This document shows positions 42,090-49,126 of a stretch of DNA of 64,000 nucleotides, piece after piece. Source of the stretch: a virus; IMG/VR virus record IMGVR_UViG_3300033463_000109, positions 2,925-66,924 of that record, one strand, 5' to 3'. The stretch's first letter is position 1. Each line of letters begins with the position of its first letter. The translations under genes and the position numbers were made by a program. The notes beneath the pieces are model-generated. The model made no database searches and had not been told where the DNA came from. It worked only from the letters and a program-made list of their open reading frames with translations.

Positions 42090-42465
42090 TTCTTTGCCCA
42101 GTGAACTTGTGATCTCTGCTCAAGGGATCTAGTGGTATTTCACACATCGCACTCTCTCCTTGGAAGCTCGTGCTTGCCCTCTCGCTGCAGCTATTGAGGG
42201 TCTGTTGAGAACGCTTCTTATTCAGGGAGGACTATTATAGTGTTAGTGGTTATCTCACAATGAGCATACGTCTTAATATTTTCACTATTATTATAGGAGC
42301 ACTCTGTTCTTCCAGCTACTTCCACCACTTGTCTTCCAACAACAGCTTGAGCAGTGCCCTTCCACCTGACTGTGAGCTTTTCACCTAAATAAGATTTACG
42401 CCAACTAGCCGGCCGAATATCTGGTATACAATATCGCCTCTGTATATAGGCAAGCCTTTTGATAG
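42090..42465 (-). ncRNA. ORF-free GC-enriched block with its own upstream extended -10 motif. Candidate structured ncRNA, identity unresolved.
   Basis: No ORF of 60 aa or more on either strand. About 45% GC versus about 35% in the genome. Lies between tRNA-Met and tRNA-Cys. A minus-sense 'TTGTATAATAT' motif sits at 42471-42486 just upstream. Confidence 0.3.
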
Positions 42466-42525
42466 GCTCAATATATTATACAATATACGTTTTCATTTTT
42501 TATTAAAAAAACTAAAATATTTTTC

Positions 42526-42601
42526 TGGAGCACCGACCTAGATTTGAACCAGGGAATAGTGGTTTTGCAGACCACCGCCTTAACCACTTGGCTACCGGTG
42601 C
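42526..42601 (-). tRNA. tRNA-Cys (GCA)
   Basis: Anticodon arm 'GTGGT CTGCAAA ACCAC'. T-arm 'CCTGG TTCAAAT CTAGG'. Acceptor GCACCGG/TCGGTGC. CCA encoded. Confidence 0.7.
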
Positions 42602-42606
42602 ATATT

Positions 42607-42682
42607 TGGCAGGCCTGAAACGACTCGAACGCCCATCTCGCGAATTTGGAGTTCGCTGTTTTACCAATTAAACTACAGACCT
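42607..42682 (-). tRNA. tRNA-Trp (CCA)
   Basis: Anticodon arm 'GCGAA CTCCAAA TTCGC'. Acceptor AGGTCTG/CAGGCCT. The T-stem has G-U pairs. Confidence 0.6.
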
Positions 42683-42687
42683 ATATT

Positions 42688-42763
42688 TGGTGTGCCGTAG
42701 AAGATTCGAACTTCTGACAGAGCGTTCGTAGCGCCCTATTTTAATCCACTAGACTAACAGCAC
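42688..42763 (-). tRNA. tRNA-Arg (ACG)
   Basis: Anticodon arm 'GGGCG CTACGAA CGCTC'. T-arm 'AGAAG TTCGAAT CTTCT'. CCA encoded. Confidence 0.65.
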
Positions 42764-42768
42764 ATATC

Positions 42769-42842
42769 TGGAGCGGGATAACGGTTATGCTCCGTCGTCT
42801 GAACATTGGCAATGTCCTATTCTGCTATTAAACTAATCCCGC
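42769..42842 (-). tRNA. tRNA-like, probable Gly (GCC), non-canonical T-loop 'AGCATAA'
   Basis: Acceptor GCGGGAT/ATCCCGC. Anticodon arm 'GGACA TTGCCAA TGTTC'. The T-loop lacks T54-T55-C56. Confidence 0.45.
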
Positions 42843-42845
42843 ATA

Positions 42846-42920
42846 TGGAGCGCGAAGCGGATCCTGCCACCGCACCTGAGGTTTGGAAGACCCCAATACT
42901 GACTTTTATACGATTCGCGC
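42846..42920 (-). tRNA. tRNA-like, probable Gly (TCC), non-canonical T-loop 'GGCAGGA'
   Basis: Acceptor GCGCGAA/TTCGCGC. Anticodon arm 'GGGGT CTTCCAA ACCTC'. Confidence 0.45.
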
Positions 42921-42925
42921 ATTTA

Positions 42926-43006
42926 TGGTCTACGTAGAGAGACTTGAACTCCCATGAAAATATCCTGACCCCAAATCAGGTGGCTTACCAATTAGCCCAT
43001 ACGTAG
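42926..43006 (-). tRNA. tRNA-Pro (TGG)
   Basis: Acceptor CTACGTA/TACGTAG. Anticodon arm 'CCTGA TTTGGGG TCAGG'. T-arm 'GGGAG TTCAAGT CTCTC'. Confidence 0.6.
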
Positions 43007-43013
43007 ATATTTA

Positions 43014-43090
43014 TGGTCAGGGTACCGTGACTCGAACACGGATAACTCCTCGTTCCAGGCGAGGCAGCCTACCAATTGGCCCATACCCTG
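43014..43090 (-). tRNA. tRNA, anticodon TGG (Pro-like; C33 in loop 'CCTGGAA')
   Basis: Acceptor CAGGGTA/TACCCTG. Anticodon arm 'CCTCG CCTGGAA CGAGG'. T-arm 'CCGTG TTCGAGT CACGG'. Confidence 0.5.
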
Positions 43091-43103
43091 ATATTTATTA
43101 TTC

Positions 43104-43179
43104 TGGTCCTTCTACTTGGATTTGCACCAAGACTTTGTAAGGTTTGAGCTTACCGCCTCTGCTATTGGGCTATAGAAGG
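43104..43179 (-). tRNA. tRNA, anticodon CAA (Leu anticodon but short variable arm), T-loop 'TGCAAAT'
   Basis: Acceptor CCTTCTA/TAGAAGG. Anticodon arm 'GTAAG CTCAAAC CTTAC'. Confidence 0.5.
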
Positions 43180-43184
43180 ATATT

Positions 43185-43274
43185 TGGTGGAAACGGTGAG
43201 ATTTGAACTCACACAAACCTTTCGGTTTCCAGTTTCTAAGACTGGTGCGTCTCAGCCAGTTGCGCCACGCTTCC
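43185..43274 (-). tRNA. tRNA-Leu (TAG), class II
   Basis: Anticodon arm 'CCAGT CTTAGAA ACTGG'. Long variable arm 'AAACCGAAAGGTTT'. T-arm 'GTGAG TTCAAAT CTCAC'. CCA encoded. Confidence 0.75.
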
Positions 43275-43378
43275 ATATTAAATATTGCCTCACGTCACAC
43301 TATCCCGATGCTCCCTTACCCAGGCGGTCTTTGTCATTCCTGGCACGTTCGTTGTTTACTGAGCTTTTGGCAATACTT

Positions 43379-43456
43379 TGGTCGGAGTGGAGAGATTCGA
43401 ACTCTCGATTGTATAGGGCTTAAACCTACTGCGTATGCCAGTTCCGCCACACTCCG
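43379..43456 (-). tRNA. tRNA, anticodon TAA (Leu anticodon, short variable arm)
   Basis: Acceptor CGGAGTG/CACTCCG. Anticodon arm 'GTAGG TTTAAGC CCTAT'. T-arm 'GAGAG TTCGAAT CTCTC'. Confidence 0.55.
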
Positions 43457-43461
43457 TTATC

Positions 43462-43537
43462 TGGTGCAAGCTATAGGACTCGAACCTATAATCTACGCCT
43501 TAGAAGGACGCTGCGTTATCCATTGCGCCAAGCTTGC
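43462..43537 (-). tRNA. tRNA-Arg (TCT)
   Basis: Acceptor GCAAGCT/AGCTTGC. Anticodon arm 'GCGTC CTTCTAA GGCGT'. T-arm 'ATAGG TTCGAGT CCTAT'. Confidence 0.65.
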
Positions 43538-43745
43538 ATATTTCGGAGGCCACTTAAGGAATCGAACCTACAATTACTACTAAAAAGCTTTTTACTAATA
43601 CTTACTCTATCTTGTATGCATCCAAATAAAGCAGTATATTAATAATACACTTACCATTTTAAGTCATCTTGCTGACACTTAATTGTGTTAGTATTATCCA
43701 CAATAAGCATGTGCGCCGCCTTGGCGTGTCCATATTTGTTATTAT

Positions 43746-43833
43746 TGGTGGGTCGGGTAGGATTCGAACCTACGATGTATCAGACGTCCCTGTTTTACAG
43801 ACAGGTGCCCTCGCCAGCTAGGCATACCGGCCC
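43746..43833 (-). tRNA. tRNA-Tyr (GTA), class II
   Basis: Anticodon arm 'CCTGT CTGTAAA ACAGG'. Long variable arm. T-arm 'GTAGG TTCGAAT CCTAC'. CCA encoded. Confidence 0.75.
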
Positions 43834-43855
43834 ATACGTATTTTAAGTTTCATTT

Positions 43856-43930
43856 TGGAGCACCCAGTCCGCAACGATCGGGCAACTATTGCTTACAAGG
43901 CAATTGTTTTGCCAATTAAACTATAGGTGC
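43856..43930 (-). tRNA. tRNA-Thr (TGT)-like, non-canonical T-loop
   Basis: Acceptor GCACCTA/TGGGTGC. Anticodon arm 'ATTGC CTTGTAA GCAAT'. Confidence 0.45.
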
Positions 43931-43988
43931 ATTTTTGAGTAATTAGTTTAAACAGCGTCGCCAACGTGAAGGCTTACTCAATGACGCC

Positions 43989-44061
43989 AGCTCCCGGGTC
44001 GATTTGAACGGCCGATCTGCTGTTTACAAGACAGCTGCCTTAACCGCTGGGCTACGGGAGC
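43989..44061 (-). tRNA. tRNA-Thr (TGT)
   Basis: Acceptor GCTCCCG/CGGGAGC. D-arm GCCC..GGC. Anticodon arm 'GCTGT CTTGTAA ACAGC'. CCA not encoded. Confidence 0.65.
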
Positions 44062-44169
44062 ATAAGACCTACAAAAGCAGTACTACTTTTATAGGGTTGC
44101 AGGTTACGCCAATTGGCCTGCTATTTGTCGCTTAGCAAGACTGATCAGGTCTGGACCGCGTGCGATCAC

Positions 44170-44246
44170 TGGTAGTGATGGTAAGATTCGAACTTACGAC
44201 TTCCTGTGTATCAGACAGGTACTCTAACCAACTGAGTTACACCACT
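44170..44246 (-). tRNA. tRNA-Ile (GAT)
   Basis: Anticodon arm 'CCTGT CTGATAC ACAGG'. D-arm 'ACTC AGTTGGTTA GAGT'. T-arm 'GTAAG TTCGAAT CTTAC'. CCA encoded. Confidence 0.75.
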
Positions 44247-44260
44247 ATACTTATTTTTAT

Positions 44261-44333
44261 TGGCTCCCTCCCGATGAGTTGCACATCGCTTCGCAGTTCA
44301 TGATGCTGCGAACCACCTGGTCTTCAGAGGGCA
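44261..44333 (-). tRNA. atypical tRNA-like element (T-arm 'CGATG TGCAACT CATCG', enlarged anticodon loop containing CAT)
   Basis: Starts TGG + acceptor-like 'tccctcc' + perfect T-arm hairpin. Anticodon-arm candidate 'TTCGCAG CATCATGAA CTGCGAA'. The 5' acceptor match is imperfect. Confidence 0.25.
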
Positions 44334-44337
44334 TATT

Positions 44338-44429
44338 TGGCGATGGTGGAGAGACTCGCACTCCCAATACGGCTCTGCACCGTACTAACGCTTTTCAAGA
44401 GCGTCCCCTCATCTAGCCGGATCACCACC
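44338..44429 (-). tRNA. tRNA-Ser (TGA), class II
   Basis: Acceptor GGTGGTG/CACCATC. Anticodon arm 'ACGCT CTTGAAA AGCGT'. Long variable arm. CCA encoded. Confidence 0.6.
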
Positions 44430-44463
44430 AAACTATATTTTTGTTTTTATAATAATTATTTGC

Positions 44464-44552
44464 TGGCGGAGAGTATTGTTGCTGCCACAAATAGCCTAAT
44501 GGCTACGCAACGCTTAGCAGGCGTGCTCCAGGACTGCCTGGATTTGCTCTCC
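44464..44552 (-). tRNA. tRNA-Ser (GCT), class II, T-loop 'GGCAGCA'
   Basis: Acceptor GGAGAGC/ACTCTCC. Anticodon arm 'ACGC CTGCTAA GCGT'. Long variable arm. CCA encoded. Confidence 0.5.
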
Positions 44553-44557
44553 ATATT

Positions 44558-44638
44558 TGGTGGGCAAGGCTAGAGTCGAACTAGCGAACCTCTGGTTTTT
44601 CAGACCAGCGCTCTAAACCTGATGTGAGCTACTTGCCC
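44558..44638 (-). tRNA. tRNA-Phe (GAA)
   Basis: Acceptor GGGCAAG/CTTGCCC. Anticodon arm 'CTGGT CTGAAAA ACCAG'. T-arm 'GCTAG TTCGACT CTAGC'. CCA encoded. Confidence 0.7.
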
Positions 44639-44642
44639 ATAC

Positions 44643-44717
44643 TGGTCCGCGGGACAGGAGTTGAACCTGCATCGGCGGGGTCACAATCCGCTGCACTAAC
44701 CGTTGTGCTACCCAGGG
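44643..44717 (-). tRNA. tRNA-His (GTG)
   Basis: Anticodon arm 'GCGGA TTGTGAC CCCGC'. T-arm 'GCAGG TTCAACT CCTGT'. CCA encoded. Confidence 0.65.
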
Positions 44718-44723
44718 TATATC

Positions 44724-44811
44724 TGGTGTCGGATGAAGGACTTGAACCCTCGTAAACCTTTCGGCCCCCTGGATGTAAGCCAGGTGCTCTAACCAACTGA
44801 GCTAATCCGAC
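44724..44811 (-). tRNA. tRNA-Val (TAC) with unusually long variable region
   Basis: Acceptor GTCGGAT/ATCCGAC. D-arm 'GCTC AGTTGGTTA GAGC'. Anticodon arm 'CCTGG CTTACAT CCAGG'. T-arm 'GAGGG TTCAAGT CCTTC'. CCA encoded. Confidence 0.65.
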
Positions 44812-44820
44812 ATAATTTGT

Positions 44821-44861
44821 AATAAAAAAGATGCTTGAGTTTTTTGTTTGTCCCAAGCATC
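44821..44861 (-). terminator. rho-independent terminator-like hairpin upstream of the tRNA block
   Basis: Minus sense 'GATGCTTGGGacaaacaaaaaaCTCAAGCATC' followed by T-run (plus 'aataaaaaa'). Confidence 0.4.
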
Positions 44862-45373
44862 CTATAAATCGTTTTAATTATTATATACTATAATGTATTT
44901 AACAATCCAGGTCCTGAGACATATTCTTACTACCAAAGCTAATAGGGCGTGGGAAGCAATAAGAACTAACTGATGTTCTTCCAAGCACTAAAGATAAGGT
45001 ATGTCTCCAAGATCTCATGTTCATCATTTTTTGTTTTCCTTTTGCACTTCTACGTGCACACATAATAATTTAGCGTTATGTTTTGCTTAGTTTTTTATTT
45101 TTTTCATTTTTTGTAAGTAGTGTATGCTTTTCCCCTATCACCAGCTGCAACTTTACGATAGGTCCTTTTCTAACTTCTTTTCTCACGGTGTATGCTTTAT
45201 TTAGAGTTGAGTCGCTCCTTCAACTATACGCACCGAATAGGTTAGCTCTGGCACTGGTCTATCTCTCTTTTGAGAGGCCTGTATCTCAGGCACATATTAG
45301 CTTACTATTATATTATACAGTATTTTTTTTAATTTGTAAACTATTTTTACAAACTTTTTTTATTTTTTTATTT

Positions 45374-46294
45374 TTACTTTTTATAGCAGTTCTTATAAAA
45401 ATCTGGCATATGTCTAATCAACCACTTTTTAGCACTTTGATGCGATACATTAAGTAGTCTAGATAGGTCGGCAAGCCAGCCTGGAGCATTAAAATTAATA
45501 TTGCATTTTAAAATTATCTGCTCACGTTCTTTATTTGCTATATTAGCTTGTATCTTAAAGCTATTATCTGTCTCTCTTTTTGTTTTGCCTCTTATAAAAG
45601 CATTATCAAAGTAATTAGGATAGTGCTTAATTGTATCACGCACTTGGCCCCTGGTTAACCCTGTAGTATTTTGAACAGCTTCTTGCCAACCTTGCTTACT
45701 AAAGTCTACTTTGCTATCTAATATTAAATTAAGTCGTTTAGCCCAAATTTCAGGATCAAGCACACTTATTGTGGCTCTCCCTAAGCTGTTGACTCTACCT
45801 TGCTCTATTAAAGCTTCTTTTTCAAGTTGCTTCTGCTCTCTTTTTGAAATAAACTTTTCAATGAAAGCTGAATTTATAATAGCATCTTTGATAGCTAGTA
45901 AATAACTATGCTTTTCTTTTCTATTTAAAGCTTGATAGTCTGGCCAATATACTCTACCTATACACTTCCAGCCTAGATTAGATAAATATTCTGTTCTAAC
46001 TCTGTCATGCTCTTGCATCCAAGCAAGCTTATGCTGACTGCCATCAATTTCTAAATATATTTTTTTATCTGGCCAAGCAAAATCTAAAGTATATCTGTCA
46101 ATTTGTAGTTCTTGTGCCTCAAATATTTTTTCTTTCTTTAGCCAAGCTTTAAAATATTTTTCAGGATAACTCTCTTTAGATGAATGATTTAGCTTAAATG
46201 GCACCTTGTCAGGATGTTCATTTAAGTATTTTTTTCGTGCTTCACTAATCTTTCTCTTAGTTTCTTCTGTATGTTTGCTACCGTAAGTGCCCAT
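45374..46294 (-). CDS. homing-endonuclease-like protein (NUMOD-like N-terminus + Vsr/DUF559-like endonuclease domain)
   Basis: 306 aa. 'GSKHTEETKRKISEARKK' is a NUMOD-type motif. 'YTLDFAWPDKKIYLEIDGSQH' gives the D..D....E.DG..H restriction-endonuclease-like fold. Sits between tRNA blocks. Confidence 0.5.
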   Translation of the reverse strand: MGTYGSKHTEETKRKISEARKKYLNEHPDKVPFKLNHSSKESYPEKYFKAWLKKEKIFEAQELQIDRYTLDFAWPDKKIYLEIDGSQHKLAWMQEHDRVRTEYLSNLGWKCIGRVYWPDYQALNRKEKHSYLLAIKDAIINSAFIEKFISKREQKQLEKEALIEQGRVNSLGRATISVLDPEIWAKRLNLILDSKVDFSKQGWQEAVQNTTGLTRGQVRDTIKHYPNYFDNAFIRGKTKRETDNSFKIQANIANKEREQIILKCNINFNAPGWLADLSRLLNVSHQSAKKWLIRHMPDFYKNCYKK

Positions 46295-46357
46295 ATTTTA
46301 TTTCGCTCCCTCTACTCTATATAATTTAGCAAATAAAGTTGAGAGGTTTTTACAAAA

Positions 46358-46628
46358 TGGTGCGCCTGGAGGGATTCGAACCCTCGACCCCACGATTACT
46401 TCACCACATTTTTTTCAAGTAGTGGTCCGGACTTTGTCTTAGCCATATATTACTACTTAGGCTCTCCGTGTAAAGTCTCTACACATAAGAATTTCTTCTC
46501 TTGCTCGGCGTTATCATATGCTTTACACTTAGATTTCACCGAATTAGCGGAGTGTTCATCAATAAATTTCTTTATTGAGCTTCTATTAGTCAAAAGTCGT
46601 GTGCTCTAGCCATCTGAGCTACAGACGC
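46358..46628 (-). tRNA. tRNA interrupted in the anticodon loop by a ~180-nt group I intron (anticodon probably TTT, Lys)
   Basis: 5' exon (plus 46601-46628 reverse complement) 'GCGTCTG TA GCTC AGATGGCTA GAGC A CACGA CTTT...'. 3' exon '...TAA TCGTG GGGTC GAGGG TTCGAAT CCCTC CAGGCGC A CCA'. Acceptor and anticodon stems pair perfectly across the insertion. Confidence 0.55.
46413..46596 (-). mobile_element. group I intron (compact, no ORF) within the tRNA anticodon loop
   Basis: The intron contains 'GTGTAGAGACTTTACACGG' and 'AAGACAAAGTCCGGACC'. These resemble the group I P7/R-S core elements 'CAGAGACTA' and 'AAGATATAGTCCGGACC'. Confidence 0.5.
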
Positions 46629-46632
46629 ATAT

Positions 46633-46708
46633 TGGTGGAACGCATGGGATTCCAACCCATATCTTTCGGATTAAGAGTCCGATATATTAGCAATTATACG
46701 AACGTTCC
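46633..46708 (-). tRNA. tRNA-Lys (CTT), T-loop 'TTGGAAT'
   Basis: Acceptor GGAACGT/GCGTTCC. Anticodon arm 'TCGGA CTCTTAA TCCGA'. CCA encoded. Confidence 0.6.
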
Positions 46709-46761
46709 ATATGGCCTAGCTATCATACCGCAAATTTAAAAGATTTGTGCTCTGTCGAGCT

Positions 46762-46781
46762 CGAAATAAGCATAGGCTCTA
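46762..46781 (-). repeat. conserved motif, copy 7 (between tRNA-Gln and tRNA-Lys)
   Basis: 'cgaaataagcataggctcta'. Confidence 0.45.
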
Positions 46782-46785
46782 TTTA

Positions 46786-46860
46786 TGGCGCCGGGTGAGG
46801 GACTTGAACCCCCATAAGCTGGTTCAAAGCCAGCTGAATTAACCCTTATTCTAACCCGGT
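46786..46860 (-). tRNA. tRNA-Gln (TTG)
   Basis: D-arm 'GAAT AAGGGTTA ATTC'. Anticodon arm 'GCTGG CTTTGAA CCAGC'. T-arm 'GGGGG TTCAAGT CCCTC'. CCA encoded. Confidence 0.7.
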
Positions 46861-46862
46861 AT

Positions 46863-46896
46863 AAAAAATGCACTTCCTTTTTATCAGAAGTGCACT
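46863..46896 (-). terminator. rho-independent terminator-like hairpin
   Basis: 'GCACTTCC ttttttatca GAAGTGC', followed in minus sense by T-run. Confidence 0.35.
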
Positions 46897-47054
46897 TAGC
46901 TTTCATTTTTGCTTTTATAGTTTAGCTTTCTATAAATGCGCTTCTTTCAAGGCAAGGATAACCTAAGAATACTTGAGTACTCTTTTGTTTAGGTTGTTGT
47001 TTATATTGTTTAAAAATCAACTTTGTCATCTTTGTCTTTTCCTTTATTTTTATT

Positions 47055-47130
47055 TGGCCACGCATAGAGGATTCGAACCACTGTTAGATGGCTGAGAACC
47101 ACCTGTCCTAGTCCACTAGACGAATGCGCG
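47055..47130 (-). tRNA. tRNA-Glu (CTC)
   Basis: Acceptor CGCGCAT/ATGCGTG. D-arm 'GTCT AGTGGACTA GGAC'. Anticodon arm 'GGTGG TTCTCAG CCATC'. CCA encoded. Confidence 0.6.
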
Positions 47131-47199
47131 TTATGGTCGCACCTATGATAGGGTCTGGCCGAACTGACTATCATAACTTGTACAAGTCTTTCGGTGCAA

Positions 47200-47274
47200 T
47201 GGTCACGCCTACGGGAGTTGAACCCATATTCCCACCGTGAAAGGGTGATGTCCTAACCATTAGACGAAGGCGCG
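47200..47274 (-). tRNA. tRNA-Glu (TTC)
   Basis: Acceptor CGCGCCT/AGGCGTG. D-arm 'GTCT AATGGTTA GGAC'. Anticodon arm 'TCACC CTTTCAC GGTGG'. T-arm 'ATGGG TTCAACT CCCGT'. CCA encoded. Confidence 0.65.
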
Positions 47275-48058
47275 ATATAAATTTGCCTGCTCTAAATCAA
47301 AGATAACTCTCGTTTTCTTCTATAACTCACAGACCAGCACTTGATAGCCATTTACTAGTATAGCTATCATTAAACTGAGTTTGTTCCTTATGACTCAACG
47401 TGGTCCGCATTACTAGCTCTTTCGAGTGCGTGTTGAGTTCTCTTTTAACCCCGGGCCCGAAGGATTCACCGGGGTGCGATCCCAAAAACTCCTGGGCCCA
47501 AAGGCTTCCAGAAGTGCAATCGTATTTTACTAACCTTTTGGACTAAACTTATCAGCTAGCATTTTTCAGACAGATTCAAACCCTTTATTCAGCGTTTTTT
47601 CTAACTCCTCTGCCATGCCTACTCCACTATGCTACTCCGCTTTCAGCTTTTTTGAAGCAATTTCCATTCATCTACTAAGACTTCGGTCTTGTCTGTTTGA
47701 CTACTAACTGGCCGGCGCTCACAAGCTTTAGTATTCTGCTTTTTACCTCTGCTTTAATTTAGTCTCATCCAGCAGGTTGCTATACTAATTGTTGTTGCAT
47801 TCCCTTATAGTAGGCGTTTCCTAATGTTTGACGAGCCCAACCTCGTCTGGCGCGAAATTCGCTTGCGTTCTCCTGGCTTTCTTAACCCCACTGACTTGCT
47901 TTTGCAAACATGATGCAGTACCTTGGATGGTGGAGGTTTTTTAGCTTACATGGCTTCTCTGGCCATTTGACACACTCATAATCGTGCGGACATCCCTGGC
48001 TCTACCTGAGCCGAATGACTGGTGGGACTTGCTATTGCTATCCATCTCAGTAAGCTTC
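47275..48058 (-). ncRNA. ORF-free, GC-enriched ~780-nt block between tRNA-fMet and tRNA-Glu. Candidate large structured RNA(s) or intron.
   Basis: No ORF of 60 aa or more, even when TGA is allowed. GC-rich helices such as 'ccccgggcccgaagg...caccggggtg'. Cotranscribed with the tRNAs. Confidence 0.3.
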
Positions 48059-48132
<74 letters not shown>

Positions 48133-48184
48133 AATACTTATTGAGGCTTTCTTTTTGCAGTGGCGCCTCTACCACTGTATCTTA

Positions 48185-48259
48185 TGGTTGCAGCTGTGGG
48201 GGTTGAACCCACCTGTCGAGGGTATGAGCCTCGCGAGTAATCCGCTACTCTAAGCTGCT
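48185..48259 (-). tRNA. tRNA (CAT), third CAT-anticodon species (Ile2/Met candidate)
   Basis: Acceptor AGCAGCT/AGCTGCA. Anticodon arm 'CGAGG CTCATAC CCTCG'. T-arm 'GTGGG TTCAACC CCCAC'. CCA encoded. Confidence 0.55.
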
Positions 48260-48498
48260 ATAATTTTCAATGTCTACCAGGCAAAGAATCGAACTTGCAA
48301 TAATGACTTCAGGTACCTTGCCATTATCCTTTGCTCTCAACAGAACAGCTGCACCAGCAGCACCTGGCATACGTGTAGTTTTCTTTTGCTAAAGCTACTA
48401 TCTCCAGATAGCTACGCACCACACAGCGCATCTTAAGAATCGGCAATGAGCCATACCCAGCAGGTCATTCTCAACGTCTATCTTAAACTTTTTTTCCT

Positions 48499-48575
48499 TG
48501 GAGGCTCCGGAGGGATTTGAACCCACGACACCGCGGTTAACAGCCGCGTGCTCTGACCAGCTGAGCTACGGAGCC
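48499..48575 (-). tRNA. tRNA-Asn (GTT)
   Basis: Acceptor GGCTCCG/CGGAGCC. D-arm 'GCTC AGCTGGTCA GAGC'. Anticodon arm 'CGCGG CTGTTAA CCGCG'. T-arm 'GTGGG TTCAAAT CCCTC'. CCA encoded. Confidence 0.75.
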
Positions 48576-48727
48576 ATATAAAGAGATGCTTTCCTCATGA
48601 GCTACTCACATCTCTCCGTTGCCTTGGACAAAGCCTCTGACAACTAATACGTCTTCTTTGGGTCACATTGTTAAGAGGTGCAAAAAGTCCTGTTATACTG
48701 TTTAATCTATACTACAGCTAAGATTTC

Positions 48728-48827
48728 TGGCGATCCTAAGGAGACTCGAACTCCTACAAAAGCGATTTCGTCTTCCGGCTGACAACCGGGCGTTTTAACC
48801 ATTTAAACTATAGGACCATATTAAAAA
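48728..48827 (-). tRNA. tRNA-Asp (GTC) with long variable arm
   Basis: Acceptor GGTCCTA/TAGGATC. Anticodon arm 'CCGG TTGTCAG CCGG'. Extra-arm hairpin 'GACGAAATCGC'. T-arm 'AGGAG TTCGAGT CTCCT'. CCA encoded. Confidence 0.55.
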
Positions 48828-49047
48828 TAATAACGAGTAATGCTACCAATTACATCACATGTCGCTCGGGTGCTATTTCACCCGTGACCTTCATATTGCT
48901 ATGACTATTTGCTTATAGGTATGCTGGCACAGTTGGATTCGAACCAACACTTCTGTTATTATTCTTTGGATTATAGATAAATATTAGTTTTGGCTCGCTA
49001 AGAAACTCACTCAAAATGAAAAAAGCATTACATTTATTTATCTATAT

Positions 49048-49126
49048 TGGTGGAACCTGTCGGTAATGCTCCGACCTGCTTTCCGCATTGCAAGTGCGGC
49101 GACCACTCTATGCAGTCCCAGGCCCC
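49048..49126 (-). tRNA. tRNA-Ala (TGC)-like, non-canonical T-loop 'AGCATTA'. Overlaps the last codons of CDS 49108..50088.
   Basis: Acceptor GGGGCCT/AGGTTCC. Anticodon arm 'CCGCA CTTGCAA TGCGG'. T-arm 'GTCGG AGCATTA CCGAC'. CCA encoded. Confidence 0.4.

Noticed and set aside
42090-42465. tmRNA or RNase P RNA at 42.1-42.5 kb
   Set aside because: By eye I could not find the tmRNA termini (GGGG...UUCGAC 5' end, tRNA-Ala-like 3' end) or the RNase P P4 'AGGAAAGUCC' box. It is kept only as an unidentified ncRNA candidate.
43184-43583. ORFs 43184..43423(+), 43203..43583(+), 44337..44573(+), 44629..44856(-), 47984..48253(+), 41754..41966(-)
   Set aside because: They overlap tRNA genes or tRNA-like elements. 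Their GC-rich 'protein' text is simply tRNA sequence read in frame.
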